Source: an uncultured delta proteobacterium
GTDB lineage: Bacteria; Desulfobacterota; Binatia; UBA9968
Reading direction: 5' to 3'
Assembly: GCA_963816145.1 (NCBI GenBank)
Contig: CAWFJP010000001.1
Coordinates: forward strand, 224,001-288,000
Length of the DNA: 64,000 bases
Shown: one piece after another, positions 49,679-58,853 of the stretch
How the letters are laid out: each line of letters begins with the position of its first letter
How positions within the stretch are numbered: the first letter of the stretch is position 1
Position numbers and translations under genes: made by a program
The notes under the pieces: generated by a model
The model's database searches: none
Seen by the model: only the letters and a program-made list of their open reading frames with translations
What the model was told of the DNA's origin: nothing

Positions 49679-50419
49679 ATGAACAAAGTCGCTGTCGTCA
49701 CCGGAGGTGCGGGAAACATCGGTCAGGCCGTCGTCGAGCGGCTCGCCAAAGACAACTATCGAATCGTCATTCTGGACATGAACCAAGACACGGGCACCAA
49801 GGTCGTCGGCGAGTTCGCCAAGCGCGATATCAATCTGGACTTTCATTGCGCCAATCTGTCCGAAGAAACCGCCGTCAAAACGGCCTTCGATGCGATCATC
49901 GCCAAGCAGGGACGCGTCGATCTATTGGTCAACGTTGCCGGCGGCAGTTTCTTCCGCCACAAGTTTGAAGACTTTCCGCTCGACCATTGGCGCACGATCA
50001 TCGACGCCAATCTCACCGCCACTTTCCTCTGCTGCCGCGCCGTGACCGTGCCGATGAAACAGCTAAAGGCCGGCGCCATCGTCAATATCTCCTCGGACAT
50101 CGCCTACAGCGGCGGTGAAAACCGCTCCGCCTACGCCGCCGCCAAGGCCGGCATCTTGGGACTCACCCGAACACTGGCGCTCGAACTCGCGCCCGCCGGC
50201 GTCCGCGTCAACGCCGTCGCCCCCGGCCGTATCGCCACCGCGAAGGTGCGCAGCCACTACACCGATGCCGAATGGGAGAAATCGAACGAACGCATCCCCC
50301 TCGGCCACCCCGGTGGAGTGGAAGACGTCGCCGAAGCCGTTGCTTACCTAGCCAGCGACGCCGCGAAACATATGACCGGACAGACGATGCATGTGAACGG
50401 TGGGAGGATTATGCACTGA
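49679..50419 (+). CDS. Short-chain dehydrogenase/reductase
   Basis: TGGAGNIG, YAAAK, VNAVAPG, TGQTMHVNGG. Confidence 0.92.
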   Translation: MNKVAVVTGGAGNIGQAVVERLAKDNYRIVILDMNQDTGTKVVGEFAKRDINLDFHCANLSEETAVKTAFDAIIAKQGRVDLLVNVAGGSFFRHKFEDFPLDHWRTIIDANLTATFLCCRAVTVPMKQLKAGAIVNISSDIAYSGGENRSAYAAAKAGILGLTRTLALELAPAGVRVNAVAPGRIATAKVRSHYTDAEWEKSNERIPLGHPGGVEDVAEAVAYLASDAAKHMTGQTMHVNGGRIMH

Positions 50420-50446
50420 CACTGTTACTGACCTTTCACAGAAAAC

Positions 50447-50482
50447 AAAAAAGCCAGAGACCTATTGCTAGATCTCTGGCTT
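50447..50482 (-). terminator. Intrinsic terminator
   Basis: AAGCCAGAGATCTA-GCAA-TAGGTCTCTGGCTTTTTT on the minus strand. Confidence 0.75.
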
Positions 50483-50563
50483 ATTGCTGCAGACGAAGTT
50501 GTATAACTATGTTGAGCTGCAAGTCCTAATTTGAGAATTTGACCAGCGCGGCTAATTTAAACC

Positions 50564-51907
50564 TTATTTCCCACCCCGGCGCGCCGCGATCACTTCGAGC
50601 ATCTTGTCATCGCTGGTGTATTTGAAGTCCCAGGTCTTGCGCGCTTTGGCGGCTTCCTGCTCGGCGCCTTCAAGGAGCTCGACATCCGGTTTGGTCACAA
50701 CCGTCACGCCCTTTTGCTTCAAAGCGCCGATCAAGCCCTCGATTTTGGCTTCCATCTCGCCGGCCGAAAGACCGGGTTTAGCCGCCAGGTAGTTGTTCAC
50801 AACCTTCATACCGCGCTCAGCGTCTTGTTTGGCGACGCCGACCAGACCGACACTGGCGTTGCGCGACCAGCCGGCGACAAAGATGCCGTCGAGCACCTTC
50901 TTGGTTTCGGGATCATACGGTTGATAGGCCGCCGGGTTGGGATCGCCGGGCAGTTTCTCGGGGTTGGTCACAAAGGCGCCACGTGAGAACGGCAGGCCGA
51001 GCGAAGCGTCGACTTGATCGCCGATGGCGTAGATCACGCAATCGACTTCGATACGCCGGGTCTTCCCTGTGCCCTTGGCGACGGTTTTACCGTCTTGCAG
51101 AATCATCACGTTTTCTTCGGCCTCCAAAACAGCGACCCGGCCCTGGGCATTGGCGACAACCTTGTTCGGCGAACAGAGATAGCGAAACTTGAGCCGGCGT
51201 CCTTCCAACGGCTCGCCCTGGCGCACCATTTTTTGCATGATCGCGCCGACATCCTGTCCGACCGCGGTCAATGACCCGCTGATGCGTTCGATCTCCTGTT
51301 TCATATCGGCGTTGTCGAGATACATGTCGATATATTCGAACTCGCTGTCGTCGTAGGCTTTTTCCAGCGGTCCGCGGCGCGCGACCACGACCACTTCGTC
51401 GATCTTTTTCAGATTGAGCAGCCAGTTGGCAATATCGACCATGACGTTGCCCATGCCGATGATCGCCACGCGCCGGCCGATCTCGAAGGGCTGCTCGCTG
51501 AAAGGCGGCAACGAGTTGTAGTGATAGACAACGTCCTTGGCGTGATACACGCCGACCGCTTCTTCGCCCTCGATGCCTAATTTCTTGGTTCCCTGCGCTC
51601 CTGCGGCCACCACCACCGCGCCAAAACCCATGTCTTGGAGATCCTTGAGCGACAGCGGCTGGTTCTGCCCCACCATCACATGACCTAAATAAAACACTTT
51701 GGTGTCGGCAAGAATCCTTTTGAACTGCTTGCGCAGGCCGGTTTTCATCTTTTCCTTATCAACAAAGATACCGTACTCCGCCAAGCCGCCCGGTTTGATA
51801 TCGCGATTGATCAAGACCACCCGATGGCCGGCTTCGGTCAATTTGCGCGTGCCGTAAATACCCGCGGGCCCCGCGCCGACAACCGCAACCAAATGTTGAT
51901 TAGACAT
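50564..51907 (-). CDS. Ferredoxin--NADP+ reductase, adrenodoxin-reductase/FprA-like
   Basis: VVGAGPAG, GGLAEYGI, IIGMGNVMVD, ARRGP, FVAGWSR. Confidence 0.8.
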   Translation of the reverse strand: MSNQHLVAVVGAGPAGIYGTRKLTEAGHRVVLINRDIKPGGLAEYGIFVDKEKMKTGLRKQFKRILADTKVFYLGHVMVGQNQPLSLKDLQDMGFGAVVVAAGAQGTKKLGIEGEEAVGVYHAKDVVYHYNSLPPFSEQPFEIGRRVAIIGMGNVMVDIANWLLNLKKIDEVVVVARRGPLEKAYDDSEFEYIDMYLDNADMKQEIERISGSLTAVGQDVGAIMQKMVRQGEPLEGRRLKFRYLCSPNKVVANAQGRVAVLEAEENVMILQDGKTVAKGTGKTRRIEVDCVIYAIGDQVDASLGLPFSRGAFVTNPEKLPGDPNPAAYQPYDPETKKVLDGIFVAGWSRNASVGLVGVAKQDAERGMKVVNNYLAAKPGLSAGEMEAKIEGLIGALKQKGVTVVTKPDVELLEGAEQEAAKARKTWDFKYTSDDKMLEVIAARRGGK

Positions 51908-51998
51908 TGCCCTACCTCTTAACCAAAATTGTATTTCTCTCGCCGTTGAGAGATGAGCTGAAGATAAAAAAACTAGAGAGACAAAGGGTGCCGGCGGT

Positions 51999-52268
51999 CT
52001 ACTGAAGTTCCCTTTTGCCTTCGTATTCTAGCTCGGTACCGCGGGAGTCCTTATGGGTAAAGGAAACCAGTTCCCAACTGCCATCCTCAAGGGGTCCCTT
52101 GAGAATGTAGGAGTTCTCGTCGCTGCCGAGAACCCGATAGTAGCAAGCTTGCTCGCCGTACCAGCGATCCACGCAGGCTTCCACCTTGATGGTTCGCGCT
52201 CCGAGCATGAACTGGGTGGGGCTTTCTTGTCCCTTGGAGTCGGCGTAAGATTCGACTTTGACTTTCAT
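51999..52268 (-). CDS. Small hypothetical protein
   Basis: MKVKVESY...VDRWYG..YYRVLGSD..YILK...WEL; 89 aa, beta-rich. Confidence 0.65.
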   Translation of the reverse strand: MKVKVESYADSKGQESPTQFMLGARTIKVEACVDRWYGEQACYYRVLGSDENSYILKGPLEDGSWELVSFTHKDSRGTELEYEGKRELQ

Positions 52269-52341
52269 CGGTAACTCACTTAAACCCAGCGTTTGGAACA
52301 GCGTAATATAACCCAAAATTTCCCCACTTTAAAGGAGTCCT

Positions 52342-53031
52342 ATGTCGACGGTCGATCAACTCAGAAAAGACATCGTCAGCGCCAGCCGGATTCTTGCGCA
52401 TCTGCGCCTGGTTGAAGGTTTCGGCCATGTCAGCGCGCGCATTCCCGACAGCGATCGCTTCTTGATCACCCCGCGTATCAGTCTGGCAATGGTGCGTGAA
52501 GAACAATTGCTGACCCTGAACACGAACGGTGAAGTGGTCGACGGCCACCATCCGGTGCCTTTTGAAGCCTGGCTGCACACGGCGATCATGAAAACCAAGC
52601 CGCGGGTCAATGCGATAACCCGCATCCACGCGCGCGTGGCGAATATTTTTTCGGTCACCGACCGCCGGCTCGAGCCGGTGCACAATCACGGCAGTTTCTT
52701 TGCCGGTGGGGTGCCGGTTTTTACAACGCCCGATCTGATTTCGTCGGAGAAACTCGGCACAGCCGTCGGCGAAGCACTCGGCGATCGCCCCGCGATTCTG
52801 CTGCGCGGCAACGGCCAAGTGACGGTCGGCAGAACGATTCCGGAAGCGGTCATGATGGCGATCTATTTGGAAGAGGCAGCGGAGGTGCTTTACGGCGCGC
52901 TGCAGATCGGTAAGCCGATCCCGCTCACCATCGATGAGTCGAGACAGAGACAAATCGAGGCCCTGCCGCCGGTCGATTTGGAGCGAGCTTGGAATTTTTT
53001 CAAAAATAAAGTCGAGCGCGAGAGCAGATAA
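52342..53031 (+). CDS. Class II aldolase/adducin-fold protein
   Basis: GFGHVSAR, FLITP, E..LHTAI...P.VNA, ILLRGNG; AAGGAG RBS. Confidence 0.82.
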   Translation: MSTVDQLRKDIVSASRILAHLRLVEGFGHVSARIPDSDRFLITPRISLAMVREEQLLTLNTNGEVVDGHHPVPFEAWLHTAIMKTKPRVNAITRIHARVANIFSVTDRRLEPVHNHGSFFAGGVPVFTTPDLISSEKLGTAVGEALGDRPAILLRGNGQVTVGRTIPEAVMMAIYLEEAAEVLYGALQIGKPIPLTIDESRQRQIEALPPVDLERAWNFFKNKVERESR

Positions 53032-53042
53032 GCAGTTCAAAT

Positions 53043-53080
53043 AAAAAAGCGCGGCACCTGGAAGATGCCGCGCTTTTTTT
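53043..53080. terminator. Bidirectional intrinsic terminator
   Basis: AAAAAAGCGCGGCA-cctggaaga-TGCCGCGCTTTTTTT between convergent genes. Confidence 0.88.
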
Positions 53081-53099
53081 GCAATTGATTGGCAATGGT

Positions 53100-53813
53100 T
53101 TACTTGCCAGCGATTTCGAAACTAACTTTCGCGTCTTCTTTCGCCTTGACAGTAACCTTCTGGGTGCTCTTGCCGAGCTTCTCATGCCACACTTCGACGG
53201 TGTAGCTGCCGGCAGGAACATTGTCTAGCTTGAAACTCCCAGACTTATCGGTAACCGCAAAATAGGGAGTCTCAGTCGCCACCAGCCAGCCATGCATCCA
53301 GCCGTGGACGTCGCACTTCACCTCGACAGCTTCGGGCTTCTCGACCTTGACCTCCAAAGTCTTCTTGAACTTGGGCTGGGCCTGGTTAAACGGCGTGTTC
53401 ACCTTGCTGTAGGAATGGACGTTGTGGAGAATCCCGTCCGGGTTGATCACTTCAATAGTAGAACCAGCAGGAAACGCCAGGACATGGGGATGGTATTCGC
53501 AACCATTTTGGTCCAATTGGACCTTTTTTAACTCGATCTTTTTACCCTTTTTGATATCGGTGATCGTTACCACGGCGTTGACGAGGTTACCGTTATCGAC
53601 GATCAACGATGGATCCGTCTTGGCGGTCTTGCCGCACACTTCTTTATCTTTGCCGACGTCAAGTTTCTTCGGCGCCGGAGCGGTGCCTTTGAACTTAACC
53701 GTACCGGAAATCGAGCCGCCATCTTTCACATCGCCGCCTTCATATGCCGCCATGCTGATGGCTGGCGCCGTCACCAACGCCATAGTCAAAACTAACGAAC
53801 CTAATTTATTCAT
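53100..53813 (-). CDS. Periplasmic cupredoxin-like protein with carboxypeptidase-regulatory-like beta domain
   Basis: Signal peptide; LHNVH and KCDVHGWM (type-1 Cu-like ligands); VPAGSYTVEVWHE. Confidence 0.75.
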   Translation of the reverse strand: MNKLGSLVLTMALVTAPAISMAAYEGGDVKDGGSISGTVKFKGTAPAPKKLDVGKDKEVCGKTAKTDPSLIVDNGNLVNAVVTITDIKKGKKIELKKVQLDQNGCEYHPHVLAFPAGSTIEVINPDGILHNVHSYSKVNTPFNQAQPKFKKTLEVKVEKPEAVEVKCDVHGWMHGWLVATETPYFAVTDKSGSFKLDNVPAGSYTVEVWHEKLGKSTQKVTVKAKEDAKVSFEIAGK

Positions 53814-53883
53814 ATTTTTTCTCCTTCAAGCTAACTGGTCATCGGTTGGACGACCGGGTTGTTCCTATATTCACTATTCATGG

Positions 53884-56580
53884 TTACTTCGTTGGTTTTG
53901 CTTTAGCAACCTGTGGCGCGACAGCCACAGCGGCAGGGGCCGCAGCCCGACCGAGCGACATCAAGTAATCGCGTAAGGCCTCGATCTGCTCGTCCTCCTT
54001 GCCGCCCAGGATGTTATCGGGCCCGCCGGGGTAGAACGAAGGCATCTTGGCGCCTGGCTGCACCTTCTGTGGGTCCTTGAGCCACTTGATGATCCAGTTC
54101 GGGTTCAACCGTTGGCGCGCCATGGCCAAATCTGGCGCCCAGCCTTCTTTCGGCCCTTCTGGATTCTTGCCGCCCTGGACATGGCAACTGAAGCAGTTGA
54201 AGTACTCAGGCGAGGTCAACGTCTTGGCGGCTTCGAGATACCCTGCTGGTACCTTACGGTCGTCAATGTAATGGTACGGCTGCTCGACCTTCGACAGTCC
54301 GTTGAAATAGTTCACCAGTTGCGTAGCGTGTTCATCGGAAAAACCAAAGGTCGGCATTCTGATTTCCAACCACGGGCGCAGCGTAATCGGCGATTTCAAG
54401 AAATTGTACAACCACGGCGATTGTACCTTTTCGCCCTCGCCGTTTAGCACCGGCGGCGCTAGCGTGATGTTCTCCTGATAGTACTTACGAATAAACCCAC
54501 CGCGTTTCTCGATCTCGTGGCAACCGACGCAATTGTATTGCTGCATCAAACGCCGCCCTTCGACCACTTGTTTTACCCGCAGCCCTTGGTCCGCTTGGTA
54601 ATGCTGACCGACTTTACGCTCCCGGAAGCCGCCCAACACAGTCCGCACTGCTTTAATGTCTTCATCCTCAAGATTGAACTGCGGCATCAACTGCTCAATT
54701 CGCTCGGTAGCATAACCCCGCGGGGTTTTAAGCTTATTATAGGTCCAGTCGTCCCAAGTATTCTTGACGTCGGTGCGATTGCCGAAGAACAGCTCTTCAA
54801 CCGTTTTTGAGCCAAAGGTGGTCAATTCGGCACCGACGCGGGACTCCTTCTCCATCCCCTTGATGTCATGGCAGCCGAAGCAGCCCCACCTGCGGACCAA
54901 AGCTTCACCGCGCTTGATGTTCTTCGCATCGGCAAGCTTTTCCTGGAGACCGGCGACGGGATCAGGTCTACCGCCTAAACTCATTAAATAGTTGGTGATA
55001 GACAGCGCCTCGTCGTCAGACAAACGCAAGCTCGGCATGCGCGTGTCGGGAGAAAAGCCGCGTGGGTCTTTAATCCAATGGTAGATCCATTGGGGACCGG
55101 TGACCTTGGACGCGACATCCTTAAGATTGGGAACCAGATCTTTTGATTTGCCCAAAGGCGTGGAGAACTCCCCGTCGGCAAAGCCATGACAGCCTTTACA
55201 ACCGATGCTCTCAACAAGCTTTTGACCCTTGGCGATGTCATTAGGATCGCCTTGGCGGAACCCCGCCGGTGCCGGATGTTCCTGCGTCCACTTGTCGCCC
55301 TCTTCTTTGGATTGGGACCAGATATAAGCGGCAATCGCCACCGCGTCGTCCGATTTCAGATCAAAGTTCGGCATGCGCGTGCGCGGCCGGAATTTGTGTG
55401 GGTTCTCGATCCAGCGCACCATCCAGCCTGGATCGACCTTGGCGCTGATTTTTTTCAGGCTCGGCGCGATCTTTGGGATATTTTCGTAACCCTTGACCAA
55501 ATGGCAGCCGGTACAACCGACTTCCTCAAACAGCCTCTGGCCTTCGGCCAGCAGCGGCGCGTCCTCCGCAAACTTCTGGACATCCAGATGACAAGAGGTG
55601 CAGCTCGACTGAACTTTGCTGCCGCGCAACAGCGGAAATTCCCACAAATGGACTTCGCCATGCGCCTGCAGGACGCTATTCACCGCCACTCCCTGGCCTT
55701 CATGGCAGCTGGTGCAGCCAAACTTATCCGGCGCATGGGCGCTGTCGGCGAGCAACACTTCACGGCGCGGATGGGTCCTGAATGGATGGGGTTCTTTCTC
55801 GAAGCCAGGACGGTTGATCGCTAGATGGCAGGTCTGACAACGGTCGACGCGCGCCACTGGTTGATCGAAGCGATTGCGGTCAAATTCCGGTAAGGATACC
55901 TGTTGGATTTTGGGGATCTTAAAAAAAGTGAAGGGACCGAGTTTAAAGGTCACGTTCTCCATGACGCGGACCCATTTGTCCCGCTCAGCGGTCATTTTGC
56001 CAAGTTCGTTCTCAAGATCCTTGGCACCCGAGCGAATCTTTTTGATCTCTTCTTTGAGCTGATTGCGCTTATCACCTATGGGGGCGAGATCCTTATCCAA
56101 GGCCGCTTTCTTCTTGTCCAAACCGGCGATGATTTCGAGATAAGGTTGCGGATTGCGTTTTTGTTGCACCGCATGATCATGCTCGTACCAGGCTTCTTCG
56201 AGCTCGCTCTTTACGTCCTTAACTTTTTGGTCGACTTCCTGAAACCTTACCGTGGTGCGCGCTTCTTCGCTTTCAAGCGCTTTTAGCTTCTTGCCGATCT
56301 CGCCGCTCGCCAAGCTGGACTGAAATGCCGCCAGCTTCTGAGACAGCTCTTTGTATTTGTCGTCCGCCTGAAGCTTCTTGTCCTCTTCATCGTAAGCGGC
56401 TTTGGCCTTGTTGTAATCCAGCCGGTAAAATTTCGCCTGGAAACCTTTCCAAGGCCGGCGCGTGATGTTGTCGTCGAGGAAAGCCCAAAGGGACAACGCC
56501 GCCAGTATGCCCGCGCCGAGGACGAAAACACTACCGTAAGACTTCTTCTCTTCTTTTTGGTCGACCCCTCGTTCCGCCAT
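53884..56580 (-). CDS. Membrane-anchored octaheme c-type cytochrome with long coiled coil
   Basis: Eight CxxCH motifs: CQTCH, CTSCH, CTSCH, CTGCH, CKGCH, CFGCH, CVGCH, CFSCH; N-terminal TM. Confidence 0.92.
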   Translation of the reverse strand: MAERGVDQKEEKKSYGSVFVLGAGILAALSLWAFLDDNITRRPWKGFQAKFYRLDYNKAKAAYDEEDKKLQADDKYKELSQKLAAFQSSLASGEIGKKLKALESEEARTTVRFQEVDQKVKDVKSELEEAWYEHDHAVQQKRNPQPYLEIIAGLDKKKAALDKDLAPIGDKRNQLKEEIKKIRSGAKDLENELGKMTAERDKWVRVMENVTFKLGPFTFFKIPKIQQVSLPEFDRNRFDQPVARVDRCQTCHLAINRPGFEKEPHPFRTHPRREVLLADSAHAPDKFGCTSCHEGQGVAVNSVLQAHGEVHLWEFPLLRGSKVQSSCTSCHLDVQKFAEDAPLLAEGQRLFEEVGCTGCHLVKGYENIPKIAPSLKKISAKVDPGWMVRWIENPHKFRPRTRMPNFDLKSDDAVAIAAYIWSQSKEEGDKWTQEHPAPAGFRQGDPNDIAKGQKLVESIGCKGCHGFADGEFSTPLGKSKDLVPNLKDVASKVTGPQWIYHWIKDPRGFSPDTRMPSLRLSDDEALSITNYLMSLGGRPDPVAGLQEKLADAKNIKRGEALVRRWGCFGCHDIKGMEKESRVGAELTTFGSKTVEELFFGNRTDVKNTWDDWTYNKLKTPRGYATERIEQLMPQFNLEDEDIKAVRTVLGGFRERKVGQHYQADQGLRVKQVVEGRRLMQQYNCVGCHEIEKRGGFIRKYYQENITLAPPVLNGEGEKVQSPWLYNFLKSPITLRPWLEIRMPTFGFSDEHATQLVNYFNGLSKVEQPYHYIDDRKVPAGYLEAAKTLTSPEYFNCFSCHVQGGKNPEGPKEGWAPDLAMARQRLNPNWIIKWLKDPQKVQPGAKMPSFYPGGPDNILGGKEDEQIEALRDYLMSLGRAAAPAAVAVAPQVAKAKPTK

Positions 56581-56590
56581 CCCGACTCCC

Positions 56591-56758
56591 TTACGCTACC
56601 TTGCGCTCCAGCGCACGGCCCAACGAAAAAACTGCGAGACCGATGAGCGTCAAAACTATTTCTTCAGCCATGGAAGAATTTCTCATGATGCCGACAAACA
56701 AAGCGTATCCGATGTCTGCAAGCCCCAGTGCTTGAAGAATTTTCGCCACGTAAAACAT
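56591..56758 (-). CDS. Small two-TM membrane protein (55 aa), missing from the ORF track
   Basis: MFYVAKILQALGLADIGYALFVGIMRNSSMAEEIVLTLIGLAVFSLGRALERKVA; ATG abuts the upstream TAG and the stop is followed by the GGGAG RBS of the cytochrome. Confidence 0.8.
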   Translation of the reverse strand: MFYVAKILQALGLADIGYALFVGIMRNSSMAEEIVLTLIGLAVFSLGRALERKVA

Positions 56759-57526
56759 CTAGATATTAATCCAGGGCGTTACCAAGACGTATTTGACATT
56801 GAACGCCAAGCGCAAAAACATTTTCGCCGGCAACGACATCATGAGCACAAGAATCACGCCTGTGATAGTGAAACGCACCATGCCCCAGCGCTCAAGAAAC
56901 TCTTTGCCCTTGACTTTGATTACAAACAAGTAGAAGAGCAGCATGCCGACGACAAAGTAGGCGCCGATCGCGACCAATCCAAACGCGGCCGCCAGCCCAT
57001 AATTGCGAATTCCGAGCAGATAGGGCAAGTCGACGTTGGTCAAGGCGACAACCTTGTGGGCATCCCAGTGCTGCCACGGCCAGAAAAGATTCCAACCGGG
57101 ACCGCGGAAAAACGTACCGATGATGATCATCGTTACCCACAAAACGTGAAAACCGAAGATGAAAGTCAGAATCTCCCACTTGCGGTCTTTGAAGCAGTAA
57201 TAGCCGTTGCCGCGCGGATTGGTGTCGATGAACGGGATCACCATCAATCCGACGATGATCAAAGACGGCAGCACAACGCCGGCATGCCACGGGTCGAAGT
57301 AAACCAGCATCTCTTGCAACCCGAGGAAGTACCAGGGGGCTTTTGAAGGATTGGGCGTCCGGGTTGGATTGGCCGCCTCTTCGAGCGGCGCATCGATGGT
57401 CAGCGACCAAATGGTCAGTCCGATCATAACGAACAGCGCGACCAGAAACTCCATCCGCACCAAATGCGGCCAAGTGTGTATTTTATCGTCGACCGGAAGT
57501 TTTCGTTCTTTAGCGGCCTCAGCCAT
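56759..57526 (-). CDS. Cytochrome b C-terminal subunit (subunit IV/PetD-like), extended
   Basis: TWPHL, APLEEAANP..TPNPSKAPWYF, IPFID; five predicted TM segments. Confidence 0.85.
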   Translation of the reverse strand: MAEAAKERKLPVDDKIHTWPHLVRMEFLVALFVMIGLTIWSLTIDAPLEEAANPTRTPNPSKAPWYFLGLQEMLVYFDPWHAGVVLPSLIIVGLMVIPFIDTNPRGNGYYCFKDRKWEILTFIFGFHVLWVTMIIIGTFFRGPGWNLFWPWQHWDAHKVVALTNVDLPYLLGIRNYGLAAAFGLVAIGAYFVVGMLLFYLFVIKVKGKEFLERWGMVRFTITGVILVLMMSLPAKMFLRLAFNVKYVLVTPWINI

Positions 57527-57550
57527 AGATCAGCCTCGTTTTCGCGTCGC

Positions 57551-58321
57551 CTATAAAGATGGACCGGAAAACCCGTCGCGCCGGATACGCCAGAAATGCA
57601 CGGCCATCAGAATACTGGCGACCAGCGGGATAAAAATGCAATGGAGAATGTAGAAACGCAGAAGCGTGTGCGGCCCGATCTCGCCGCCACCGAACAGAAA
57701 CGCGCGAGCATCGTAAATCGGATTCGCACCGACAAACTCGGCGAACGGACCTTCATAACCCAAGAGCGGCGTCGCCCGGGCCATGTTGGAACCGACGGTC
57801 ACCGCCCAGATCGCCAACTGATCCCAAGGCAGAAGGTATCCGGTAAAACTCAATAGCAGAGTAAGCACGAGCAGCAAAACGCCAACGATCCAGTTGAACT
57901 CGCGCGGCGGTTTGTACGAGCCGGTGAGAAAGACGCGAAACATATGCAACCAGACAAACACGATCATCGCGTGAGCCGCCCACCGATGCATGTTGCGCAT
58001 GAGCATGCCGAAAGGCATATCGAACTCGAGATACTTCATGTCAGCGTAGGCATATTCCGCCACCGGCCGGTAGTAGAACATCAGATAGATGCCGGTAATG
58101 GCAGTGATGAGAAACATGAGAAAAGTGAGACCTCCCATGCACCAAGTAAAACGCATGCGCACCGCATGACGCCGCACTTTGGCCGGATGGAGATGGAGAA
58201 AGACATTGGAAGTCACCATCATCACCCGGTTACGCGGTGTGTCGTCGTAACCGTGGCGAAAGATCGCTTTCCAAACTTGGCTCTCAACGATATCGTTTTT
58301 AATCTTTTCAAGCAGGCTCAT
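57551..58321 (-). CDS. Cytochrome b6-like N-terminal subunit
   Basis: WCMGG, MHRWAAH...LHMFR, PREFNW, TGYLLPWDQ, LH-x14-HF. Confidence 0.92.
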   Translation of the reverse strand: MSLLEKIKNDIVESQVWKAIFRHGYDDTPRNRVMMVTSNVFLHLHPAKVRRHAVRMRFTWCMGGLTFLMFLITAITGIYLMFYYRPVAEYAYADMKYLEFDMPFGMLMRNMHRWAAHAMIVFVWLHMFRVFLTGSYKPPREFNWIVGVLLLVLTLLLSFTGYLLPWDQLAIWAVTVGSNMARATPLLGYEGPFAEFVGANPIYDARAFLFGGGEIGPHTLLRFYILHCIFIPLVASILMAVHFWRIRRDGFSGPSL

Positions 58322-58332
58322 GATTTTTTCCG

Positions 58333-58851
58333 TTAGGCTTTGAGAATGCTGTCCGGATACTGCTCGTCTGGATCGATGCCTGCAGTACCTCTAAATATCT
58401 TGTTCTTATCGACTACGAGCTGGCCATCGTCGCCGAGCGTCAGCTTGAAGCGGTCGAGCGGGCGCGGCGCCGGTCCTTCGAAGTTCAAACCAGACTTATA
58501 AAAGCCACTGCCATGGCAGGGACATTTGAATTTGTTCTCGGCGGCGAGCCAACGCGGCGTGCAGCCCAAGTGCGTGCATTTTGCGAAAATGGCATACACG
58601 CCGGTTTCTTCGCGGATGATCCAAACTCGCTGGTCTTGTTTATACTTTTCACTGACTTCGCCGACGGCGTAATCCGACGGTAACCCTGCCTTGAATGTTG
58701 CCGGCGGTTGAAACAATACCCGGGGAAACGCTGAACGGAGAAATCCAAGGAGGCCCAATCCGCCAAAGATGCCAAATCCGCCCCAGCCCAAGCGCGTGAA
58801 GAAATCCCGCCGCGACCAGATACCGCCTTTTTTCTTTTCAGCTTCTGCCAT
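58333..58851 (-). CDS. Rieske [2Fe-2S] subunit
   Basis: Tat motif SRRDFF, CTHLGC, CPCHGSGF, GPAPRPL. Confidence 0.93.
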   Translation of the reverse strand: MAEAEKKKGGIWSRRDFFTRLGWGGFGIFGGLGLLGFLRSAFPRVLFQPPATFKAGLPSDYAVGEVSEKYKQDQRVWIIREETGVYAIFAKCTHLGCTPRWLAAENKFKCPCHGSGFYKSGLNFEGPAPRPLDRFKLTLGDDGQLVVDKNKIFRGTAGIDPDEQYPDSILKA

Positions 58852-58853
58852 AA

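Noticed and set aside
50564-51907. FNR-like reductase as part of the Rieske/cytochrome b complex
   Set aside because: Separated from the operon by a strong terminator and an oppositely oriented gene; no evidence of linkage
53884-56580. Octaheme protein as HAO, octaheme nitrite reductase or tetrathionate reductase
   Set aside because: No CxxCK motif, and the heme spacing shows repeated monoheme His/Met domains rather than the compact HAO-family arrangement
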